Below, piece after piece: positions 7,323 through 14,750 of a stretch of 14,956 bases of DNA. The stretch is from an uncultured Dehalococcoidia bacterium (GTDB lineage: Bacteria; Chloroflexota; Dehalococcoidia; Lucifugimonadales; UBA3495): contig CATMOE010000072.1 in NCBI GenBank assembly GCA_950072105.1, forward strand, positions 1 through 14,956, in the 5' to 3' direction. Position 1 is the first letter of the stretch. Each line of letters opens with the position of its first letter. The notes beneath the pieces were generated by a model. It made no database searches. It was given only the letters and a program-made list of their open reading frames with translations, and was not told the DNA's origin. The position numbers and the translations under genes were made by a program.

Positions 7323-9602
7323 ATGAGTTCGGAACGCCAGCAGCAGAGTCTCCTGGCCGCTCCGGACGTCAATCCAGAGTTTCTGAGAGAATTGGACCAG
7401 CTGGTGGGATTGGCCAGGAGTGGCCAGAAGCCGGACAGCCGGTATTTCAATCCGCCCAAGGAATGGTTGTTTGGCCATATGTCCGTTTTGCAGGATCTTC
7501 CTGAAGCAGAACGGGCTCAGATTATGACTGAGGCCCGGCAGTTGGAGAAGGAAGCGGAAGAAACCAATGCGGCGGGTAGAGCTGCCACCAGGGCTTGGCC
7601 GGGCGTAGTGGTTAGGCTAGACAGCGGAGGACTGGCATTTTTCAGTCAATTAGGAGTGGTTCGGCGTCCCGACCTGACCCAATATTTCATCGAGGGGTTT
7701 CCCAAGAATCGTGATGCCTTGGCTTTTAGCGAAGAGGCGCAGAGCCTTTTTGCGGAGGTGTTCGCCTATATCAATCGGTACATGGAGAAGCAATTCTCCG
7801 CCGGAGACGTGATTGTCCAGTCCGACCGGCAGATCTGCGACGCCCCAGACCGGTCTTTTCACGCACGCCAGTTGCTGTTTGGCACTCGTTATGTGCAGAT
7901 ACCCATCATGTGGCGGCAACTAACCTTTGACCTTCCCCAAGATCAATATACCAGCTTGCCGGACATATTAGAGGTTTCAATACCCCACTGGCTGGAGGAC
8001 TTGGGTCTGCCCGATGATCTGAAGGCTCGCATCAACGAATCAGGGTTGACCAAGTTGGTGTTCAAAGCTCCTACCAAGGGACTGTCGCTTCATCTGGGAT
8101 TCGATTACGTGGGCGAGCACAAGATGGGCCCGCTGTCCATCGCGATGTTCTTGGTGAAGCAGAAACAAGGTCTGGCTATCCAAGCCGCATTGAGCATGGC
8201 GCGGGTTAATACTTTGGCGGGGGCGGTTAAAAACACCGCGCTGATCACCGTGGGACCTTCCCTGCACGGCAAAAGCACTCTAACTATCATGATTGAGCTG
8301 GCCAATAGTGAATTGGCACAACGCCTCGGTTTGGTGGAAGACCCTAAGGAAGGCGTCTATCCAATGAACGATGACATCGTCCTTCTCCAGCCGCTCAGCC
8401 AGCCCATTGAAACCACCCGCCAGGGCAAGAAAATCCGGATCACCCACGGCATCGACGGCACGGAAAACAATTTCTACGCCATGCCCTTTGGCCTAAACCA
8501 GGAAGACGACCCGATAACATACGAGGCCATCCGAGGTACCAAGGAAGCCCCTAACGATCAGGAGACCTTGGAAAACGTTCCCATCAACATCGAGGAAGCC
8601 ACGCCTAACTACCTGTTAAACCCTGTCCGCAACATGAGGGTAACCCTGTCCCGGCCTCGGCTCATCGCTCGGAAGAACGCCCAACATCTGATAGAAACCA
8701 TCACCGAGGGAAGACTGAAAGACTCGGTCCACGTGCCCATGGAGAACACGGACCAAATATTCTGGCAAGCGGTGATGCGGCAGAACACGGTGATTCCGCC
8801 GTTGCGCCGACTGAGCATGGAGCAGTACATTCGAGTCCTGATGTACGGGGAAGCTGTTCAGATGGGCGCGGCAGTAGGTGCGATAGGACAGCCTTACGTG
8901 GAGTACTTTTCAGATCCCTTTATCATTGGCTTGGAAGACGACAACGCGAGTCTGATGCACAGCATATTAAAGGAGATTGAGCAGGGGGGGATGGCTCAAG
9001 AGTATTACGTCTTTAACACCGGCGGGGTGGGAGCGGATACTAACGAGGAAGCCAGCGGCGCGAAGTACCGGAAAATCCCCAGGGAGTTGACCCTGCTACT
9101 GCAAGAGGCCTTACTTCGGGAAGCCGTGAGATTCGAGCATGACCCAACGCTAGGTTCGGACATCGCGGTGGCGGTGGTGAACGCCCAGGGTGAAACGGTC
9201 TTAGACCTTCGAGAAGAATGGATCCCCAAAGAGATATATGGAGAGGCGGATTACGTCAGCCGAATGCGTGAGTTGAGCCGCCGAAGGTATTACAGCCGCG
9301 ACTCTGAAGATAAGGCCGGGATTCTGCGGTATACCAAGGTTGCGGACGATCTGATAGACATGGCGGATATTCCTTCTCCCACCAATGAGCGGGAGTTGGC
9401 TTGGCTGCTTTCATTTTATTGGCACGTGGATCAAGCCTACGAAACTTTGCCGGAGTTGGCATCTCGATTGGAAGAAGGGCGGCGGCCTGGGGCCGGGCGG
9501 TTGGCCGCTATACAGACCATGTACGAAGCCGGGATATCCCAGGGACTGGAACTTCCGGAGAGCAGTGAAATGGCGCTCCAGCAAGCCGGCATCGGCGGCT
9601 AG
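7323..9602 (+). CDS. Divergent phosphoenolpyruvate carboxykinase (ATP)-fold protein, 759 aa, with altered metal site
   Basis: Motifs colinear with PckA (E. coli equivalent in brackets): VRRP (GRSP), DYVGEHKMG (WYGGEMKKG), P-loop GPSLHGKSTL (GLSGTGKTTL), MNDD (IGDD), TENNFYAM (FEGGCYAK), LENV, RNMR (ENTR), VIPPLRRL (VLPPVSRL), DPF and VFNTG (LVNTG). The fold assignment is confident; the activity is not. Confidence 0.8.
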   Translation: MSSERQQQSLLAAPDVNPEFLRELDQLVGLARSGQKPDSRYFNPPKEWLFGHMSVLQDLPEAERAQIMTEARQLEKEAEETNAAGRAATRAWPGVVVRLDSGGLAFFSQLGVVRRPDLTQYFIEGFPKNRDALAFSEEAQSLFAEVFAYINRYMEKQFSAGDVIVQSDRQICDAPDRSFHARQLLFGTRYVQIPIMWRQLTFDLPQDQYTSLPDILEVSIPHWLEDLGLPDDLKARINESGLTKLVFKAPTKGLSLHLGFDYVGEHKMGPLSIAMFLVKQKQGLAIQAALSMARVNTLAGAVKNTALITVGPSLHGKSTLTIMIELANSELAQRLGLVEDPKEGVYPMNDDIVLLQPLSQPIETTRQGKKIRITHGIDGTENNFYAMPFGLNQEDDPITYEAIRGTKEAPNDQETLENVPINIEEATPNYLLNPVRNMRVTLSRPRLIARKNAQHLIETITEGRLKDSVHVPMENTDQIFWQAVMRQNTVIPPLRRLSMEQYIRVLMYGEAVQMGAAVGAIGQPYVEYFSDPFIIGLEDDNASLMHSILKEIEQGGMAQEYYVFNTGGVGADTNEEASGAKYRKIPRELTLLLQEALLREAVRFEHDPTLGSDIAVAVVNAQGETVLDLREEWIPKEIYGEADYVSRMRELSRRRYYSRDSEDKAGILRYTKVADDLIDMADIPSPTNERELAWLLSFYWHVDQAYETLPELASRLEEGRRPGAGRLAAIQTMYEAGISQGLELPESSEMALQQAGIGG

Positions 9603-9702
9603 CCTTGCCGCGACGTACCGGCCGCCCGAGTAACTAGGTGGGCTGCCTGATATTTCATGCCATCTCAGGCCATTAGCGGCTGCCATTCCCGGAGGGCAAA
9701 CA

Positions 9703-10194
9703 TTGAACGAACCGGGAAGTGAAGACTCATCCATCTCGACGGTAGAGCGATGGGGCAGTTGTATCGCCCATGGCGGCGCCCTGTTCATCGGTGTTCCATT
9801 AACTTTTTTCCTACATGAATTTCCTCTGTTCCTTGCGCCTTGTCCTCTGGTGGCATACATGATTTCACGGTCGTTCCGGCGCCGGCGCCTGGCTTGGGGA
9901 GCTTTCCAAGGGATGCAGGCTGCCGTGGTGCAATTTGTCATCCTGCTATTGGCCTTGGGCATGGACAACACAGGCGCGACGCCCCGCCTGGCAATGGCAT
10001 TCGGTCTCGCCGGTTTCCTGATCCTCCTTTATTCATTGTGGGGCGCTCTGGACACTTTCATGGGCATCGATTTCCGCTATTTCTACATCGGGGACATCTT
10101 GAACAAAGTGTCTCAGGCCAATCTAAAACGTACTGAACGGCGGAGGGGTTGGTTCGGATTAGGCCGTTCTGATAAAACCGGGCGGGATCGATGA
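9703..10194 (+). CDS. DUF4870-like small membrane protein, 163 aa
   Basis: ERWGSCIAH start of the first helix, FQGMQAAVVQ, several hydrophobic segments and the GIDFRYFYIG end motif typical of DUF4870/Tic20-like proteins. TTG start with GGAGG at 9691-9695. Confidence 0.72.
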   Translation: MNEPGSEDSSISTVERWGSCIAHGGALFIGVPLTFFLHEFPLFLAPCPLVAYMISRSFRRRRLAWGAFQGMQAAVVQFVILLLALGMDNTGATPRLAMAFGLAGFLILLYSLWGALDTFMGIDFRYFYIGDILNKVSQANLKRTERRRGWFGLGRSDKTGRDR

Positions 10195-10273
10195 GATTCG
10201 TTATGAAGGCGGCTGGGCAACTCCTAGTGATTTCAATATTCTTCACCATGGACAAATGTTATAAAAAATCAGC

Positions 10274-10385
10274 GTAGCGCGATATGCATCGCTTTTATCC
10301 TTACCGTATTTGAGGATTCGGCTAGCTCTTCGCGTGCCGTTTAACCGCGACAAAAGCCGAAATCGCAACATGGTATTCGCGCTAC
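10274..10385. ncRNA. Candidate structured RNA (nested multi-stem), family unassigned
   Basis: Closing stem GTAGCGCGA (10274-10282)/TCGCGCTAC (10377-10385) encloses ATCCTTA/TGAGGAT (10297-10303/10311-10317) and TTCGGCT/AGCCGAA (10317-10323/10355-10361). The latter is capped by TCGCG/CGCGA (10330-10334/10346-10350). Confidence 0.35.
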
Positions 10386-10393
10386 CCAGTTCC

Positions 10394-10423
10394 TTGACAG
10401 CTTCTTGCAATGTGATGTATTCT
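10394..10423 (+). promoter_or_regulatory. sigma70-type promoter for the ABC cluster
   Basis: TTGACA (10394-10399), 18-nt spacer, TATTCT (10418-10423), followed by a GAGGAGG SD before ATG 10503. Confidence 0.6.
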
Positions 10424-10502
10424 CAGGCGTCGCTACGGCCCACTGTGTAGAAAAGGCCGCGTACCCAAGAAATAATTCCCTTGAGGAGGCGAGCGATCTG
10501 AT

Positions 10503-12296
10503 ATGAAATCTCCAATCAAACTACATCCAGGGCGTTGGGCGTTAGGCCTTATCGCTCTTATGACAATGGCGCTCGTCGCCTGTGGCGGCGGAGCAGAGGC
10601 GCCCGCGGCTCCGGCCGCTCCCACGCCAACCGTGGCAAATGTGATACCGGCGGTGCCGGCAATAAAAGACACGCCGGTACCCCAGGCCCAGGCAACCGAG
10701 GCCATGGCTGCTACGGAGGTCCCCGTGGCGGTCAGCGCCAGGGACACGGTTGTGATCGTCAGTAACGAGGAACCGCTCGCCCTGGGGTACTCCGGTGGCG
10801 GCTGCCAAGGCAATATCCAGTCCACTGCGTGCGAGGAAATGATTGGCGAACCCTTCACCTGGATCGACAACAAAACCTTCGAAGTGGTGCCCCTGTCGCA
10901 CATAGAGGGCTGGGAGCAGGTCGCCCCCGACCGCTGGCGTTTCAGCCTGCGGGAGGGCGTCAAGTTCCACAACGGCGTCCCCTGGGACTCCGCACAGGCC
11001 AAGTTCTGGCTTGACTGGTCTGGTGACGAAGAGACCGCCGGCAACGAGGGCTCCAACAGCTTCGGCTTCCATGGTGTCATCGGCGGCGAGGTGGTGGACC
11101 CGCTGACCGTGGACATCACCTGCGGCAAGGCCTGCCCCATCCTGCCCCGCACCCTCATCTTCACCAAGGTCATGGAAATGGGCTGGTGGCAAGCAGCCAG
11201 CGAGGACGAGAAGGTCTCCAACAACATTGGCCTGGGCCCTTACAAGCTGGTGGATTGGCGCCGGGGCGTACAGGTTGAGCTGGAGGCCTACGAGGACTAC
11301 AAGCCCAACAAGGCCTTTGCCGCCCAAGCTCCCATCATCCAGAACGTCCGCCAGGTCTGGCGCACCGAGGCGCTGGTGCGGGCCGCTATGCTGCAGGCGG
11401 GTGAGGCCGACTGGGCCGAGATCTCCCTAGACGACCGGAACCGGGTACCCAAGCACGTGGTCGGCACCAATAACGAGGCCTACCTGTTTGTCATAGACAC
11501 GGTTCACCATCCGGAGCTGCGCAAGAAAGATGTCCGGGAGGCCCTGACCCTGGCCGTCGACTGCGAGACCCTGATGGAGCAGATCTTCGACGACCTGTTC
11601 ACGTGCTTCACCGCCATGGCCCAGACCGGCACCGAGGGCATTACCGCGGAGAACTCGCGCGGCTATGACTTCGACCCCGAGCGGGCCAGGCAACTTCTGG
11701 CGGAAGCCAACTACGACCCGGCCAACGTAATCAAGCTGCACATGCGCAACCAGCGGATTCCCAAAGACACGGAGTATGGCGAAGCGGTGGTGACCTACTG
11801 GAAGGAAGTGGGCATCAACGCCGAGTTGCACGTGGTGGAGTCGTCGGTGCACACGAACATCGGCCGGTCCAACTGCGGCCACGGACGCAGCAAAACGGAT
11901 TTCGCGGATGCGGCTGGCGATACCCTGGTCGAAAAGTGCCGTTCACTGGGGCCGGGTAAAACCACCTTCCAGTCGATGCACCTGACCGCCCCGGCCACGT
12001 CCACCGAGTCCCTGGACTTCGCCTCCCGCCAAGGCAGGCTGCGCCTCAGCTGCTACGGACGTAGCAGCGGCGTCTGCGACGACACCCTCCAGGCCATGAC
12101 CGACGCGTGCGTCGTCGTTAATTTCGGGCCGGAGCGGGTGCAGTGTAATACTGATATAGCGGACTACGTCCGTGATAACTTCCTAGTCTATGGCAACTTC
12201 GTCAACGTGGCCGTGTACGGCCTGTCGGCTGACCTGGAGTGGGATCCCTACTACTCTCCCCGCATCCGGGCCAACACCTTGAGGTTCAGCAAGTAA
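10503..12296 (+). CDS. ABC transporter substrate-binding lipoprotein, family 5 (DppA/OppA/NikA-like), 597 aa
   Basis: Signal peptide with lipobox LVAC; Ala/Pro/Thr-rich linker; WRFSLREGVKFHNG, IGLGPYKL, RAAMLQAGEAD, VREALTLAVD, FDPERARQLLAEA and YWKEVGINAEL motifs of SBP_bac_5. Confidence 0.95.
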   Translation: MKSPIKLHPGRWALGLIALMTMALVACGGGAEAPAAPAAPTPTVANVIPAVPAIKDTPVPQAQATEAMAATEVPVAVSARDTVVIVSNEEPLALGYSGGGCQGNIQSTACEEMIGEPFTWIDNKTFEVVPLSHIEGWEQVAPDRWRFSLREGVKFHNGVPWDSAQAKFWLDWSGDEETAGNEGSNSFGFHGVIGGEVVDPLTVDITCGKACPILPRTLIFTKVMEMGWWQAASEDEKVSNNIGLGPYKLVDWRRGVQVELEAYEDYKPNKAFAAQAPIIQNVRQVWRTEALVRAAMLQAGEADWAEISLDDRNRVPKHVVGTNNEAYLFVIDTVHHPELRKKDVREALTLAVDCETLMEQIFDDLFTCFTAMAQTGTEGITAENSRGYDFDPERARQLLAEANYDPANVIKLHMRNQRIPKDTEYGEAVVTYWKEVGINAELHVVESSVHTNIGRSNCGHGRSKTDFADAAGDTLVEKCRSLGPGKTTFQSMHLTAPATSTESLDFASRQGRLRLSCYGRSSGVCDDTLQAMTDACVVVNFGPERVQCNTDIADYVRDNFLVYGNFVNVAVYGLSADLEWDPYYSPRIRANTLRFSK

Positions 12297-12320
12297 CTAG
12301 GGCTATTCCAAGAGAAGTCA

Positions 12321-12365
12321 CGCAACAACCGTGCCCTGGGAATCCCTCGGGGCACGGTTGTTGCG
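12321..12365 (+). terminator. Strong intercistronic hairpin after the binding-protein gene (mRNA stabiliser/attenuating terminator)
   Basis: Perfect 16-bp stem CGCAACAACCGTGCCC (12321-12336)/GGGCACGGTTGTTGCG (12350-12365). No clear U-tract after the stem on the + strand. This is the usual position for differential SBP versus permease expression. Confidence 0.7.
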
Positions 12366-12470
12366 AAAACCGGCGTGGCCTTTCCGGTCGTAGTATCTAG
12401 TAACCGGGACTCGCGGTAGCCCGAGGTCTCCGCCGAAGTCTCCGGTAGTCGATGGTAACGAGGAACCGCC

Positions 12471-13400
12471 TTGCGCAACTACATGATTCGGCGCTTGGGC
12501 CACTCGGTTTTCATAGTCTTGGGCCTGATGGCCCTGCTCTTCTTTGCCGTCAACGTGCTGGGCGACCCGGTGGAGTTGCTGGCGGGCGATGACGCCACCC
12601 AGGAAGTCATCGACGCAATGCGAGCGAAATACGGGTTGGACCAGCCCATGTACGTCCGGTTCGGCGATTTTTTCTTCAACTTCCTCACCGGGGACTTTGA
12701 CCGCTCCATAAGGTTTCACATCGAAGCACGGAGTCTGGTGTGGGACCGGCTGCCCAACACGGCGGCCCTGGCGGCCGTGGCCTGGGGCATAGGAATGCTT
12801 GGCATTCCCATCGGCATGCTGGCGGCCAGGCGTCCCCGGGGAATAATGGACCGCACGGTTAACATCCTGTCTTTTGCCGTCATCTCCGTACCGGACTTCT
12901 GGCTGGCCCTGATGCTGATCTTGATCGTATCCATCCAGTTCAACCTATTGCCGACCTCGGGATTCGACGGACTTGGCCCCGAGGGCTGGAAGTTTATTCT
13001 TCTACCCGCCATCGCCCTTTCCCCCCGGGTGTTGGGACGCAACGCCCAGATCACCCGGGCCACCATGATAGACGAGCTTGGGAAGCAGTACGTGGCAACT
13101 GCCAGGTCCAAGGGTCTGACGGAAAATACGGTCCTCTATACCCACGTTCTGAAGAACGCCGCCATCTCCATCGTTACCCTGATGGGAGACGAGTTGGCTG
13201 GCTTTATGAACGGGGCCACCATAACGGAAACCATCTTTGCCTGGCCCGGATTGGGTAAGCTGCTCATCGATGCCATCAATGCCCGAGATTTGCCGGTGGT
13301 CACCGCTACGGTCTTCGTGGTAGCTCTGATGGTTATGCTTATCAACTTGATCGTGGACCTGGTTTACACTTGGCTTGATCCGCGGATCGCCTACGAATAG
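12471..13400 (+). CDS. ABC transporter permease (DppB/OppB-like), 309 aa
   Basis: MRNYMIRRL, GDPV, YGLDQP, RLPNT, SVPDFWLALMLI, YVATARSKGL (EAA loop), HVLKNA, ETIFAWPGLG and LDPRI. TTG start with GAGGA SD. Confidence 0.95.
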   Translation: MRNYMIRRLGHSVFIVLGLMALLFFAVNVLGDPVELLAGDDATQEVIDAMRAKYGLDQPMYVRFGDFFFNFLTGDFDRSIRFHIEARSLVWDRLPNTAALAAVAWGIGMLGIPIGMLAARRPRGIMDRTVNILSFAVISVPDFWLALMLILIVSIQFNLLPTSGFDGLGPEGWKFILLPAIALSPRVLGRNAQITRATMIDELGKQYVATARSKGLTENTVLYTHVLKNAAISIVTLMGDELAGFMNGATITETIFAWPGLGKLLIDAINARDLPVVTATVFVVALMVMLINLIVDLVYTWLDPRIAYE

Positions 13401-13466
13401 TTTATGGGAATGGTAAAAGGGAACCGGTTATTGATCTTTAGAAGGAAATAAGGTCTTAGTACGGCC

Positions 13467-14456
13467 ATGCAGGACTCGACGACAACGATACAGCAACGGG
13501 CAAATCCGCTCGTGGCTTTTTGGCAAAAGCCGCTGGTACAAGCCTTCATTAACGACCCGGTCACGTTAATGTCGGGCGTCTTCCTGGGCGTGGTCCTAAT
13601 TGGGGTAATATTCGCTCCCTTGGTTGCCCCCCATGGATACCAGGAGCAGCAGCTCAAGCTGAGGCATTTGGCGCCTTTCTCTTCCGGCGAAGCGATCGTA
13701 AAGGACACCACCGCCAGGGATGTCACGGAAGAGCGGTACTACTTGCTGGGCACCGACCACTTGGGCCGGGACATGGTCAGCCGTTTGATTTACGGTGGCC
13801 GCATCTCCATTACGGTCGGAGTTCTTGGAGTTTTGGTTTCCGGCACCATCGGGATCTTCCTCGGGCTGTTGGCCGGTTATTACCGGGGGGTCGTAGACGA
13901 CGTTATCATGCGGGCAGTGGACGTTTTCATGTCGGTGCCGCTGCTGCTGCTGGCTCTGATGGTGTTGTTTATTTTAGGGCCCAGCTTTACCAATATCATC
14001 ATCGTGTTCGCTATAGCCCGGTGGATGCTTTTCTGCCGGGTTACCCGGGGCGTGGTCATGTCCTTGCGAGAGCAAACCTTCATCGAGGCCGCCCGGGCTA
14101 TCGGTTGCAGCGACCAGCGGGTTATCAGCCGGCACATCATCCCGAACCTGATCACGCCCATACTAACCCTCGCGGCCCTTGACGTCCCCCGGAACATTCT
14201 GACCGAGTCGGCGCTGAGCTTTCTGGGGTTCGGAATCCAGCCGCCGGAATCCTCATGGGGACTGATGCTGGCCTCGGGGCGTCAGTACATCACCTCGGCG
14301 TGGTGGATAGTAGTTTTGCCGGGGCTGGCCATATTCCTGACCGCCTTATCCTTCAACCTGGTGGGCGTGTGGCTGCGGGCCGTCAGTGACCCTCTGCAGC
14401 GATGGCGTTGGCTGAAACAGACCAAAGAATCCAAGGAGGCCGGCATCACGTTTTAA
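13467..14456 (+). CDS. ABC transporter permease (DppC/OppC-like), 329 aa
   Basis: LLGTDHLGRDMVSRLIYGGRIS, FIEAARAIG (EAA loop), RHIIPN, ESALSFLGFGIQPP, SWGLML and AWWIVVLPG. Confidence 0.95.
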   Translation: MQDSTTTIQQRANPLVAFWQKPLVQAFINDPVTLMSGVFLGVVLIGVIFAPLVAPHGYQEQQLKLRHLAPFSSGEAIVKDTTARDVTEERYYLLGTDHLGRDMVSRLIYGGRISITVGVLGVLVSGTIGIFLGLLAGYYRGVVDDVIMRAVDVFMSVPLLLLALMVLFILGPSFTNIIIVFAIARWMLFCRVTRGVVMSLREQTFIEAARAIGCSDQRVISRHIIPNLITPILTLAALDVPRNILTESALSFLGFGIQPPESSWGLMLASGRQYITSAWWIVVLPGLAIFLTALSFNLVGVWLRAVSDPLQRWRWLKQTKESKEAGITF

Positions 14457-14487
14457 AACCGATTGGGACTTTCTAATATTTCCAATG

Positions 14488-14518
14488 GCCCCGCTGGCTT
14501 TCGGCGAGGCTCTCTTTC
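14488..14518 (+). terminator. Possible intrinsic terminator of the ABC cluster
   Basis: GCCCCGCTG/CGGCGAGGC stem (14488-14510; one mismatch, one G-U) followed by the pyrimidine tract TCTCTTTC. Confidence 0.35.
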
Positions 14519-14736
14519 AGTTGGCTAGAAACATCCATCATAACCGCAGAGACGCAGTGGGATAAAATAAAGGTAATTATCCCTTGACATCAAAGTGTCG
14601 CTTCATCAACAGGAAATGGCAACCCAGCTTTGGCACCTAGCAGGGTCCATGCGGGTGTGTTGGATTTGAGGTGAACCCGAGGCTGAATTGCACCCCGGAT
14701 TGCCTTCTCTGATATCGTAGATGGATACGGCTTGGG

Positions 14737-14742
14737 TATAAT
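14737..14742 (+). promoter_or_regulatory. Consensus -10 box 8 nt upstream of an ATG (probable leaderless transcript)
   Basis: TATAAT at 14737-14742, then AACCCGCA, then ATG 14751; no SD sequence. Confidence 0.5.
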
Positions 14743-14750
14743 AACCCGCA

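Noticed and set aside
9411..9971. 186-aa minus-strand ORF
   Set aside because: Antisense to the PEPCK-like and DUF4870 genes; composition is not protein-like.
10411..10425. TGTGA...TCTCA resembling a CRP/FNR site over the -10 box
   Set aside because: The spacer is 5 nt rather than the required 6, and the second half-site is imperfect.
10433..11327. 264-aa and 261-aa minus-strand ORFs
   Set aside because: Antisense shadows of the strongly codon-biased SBP gene.
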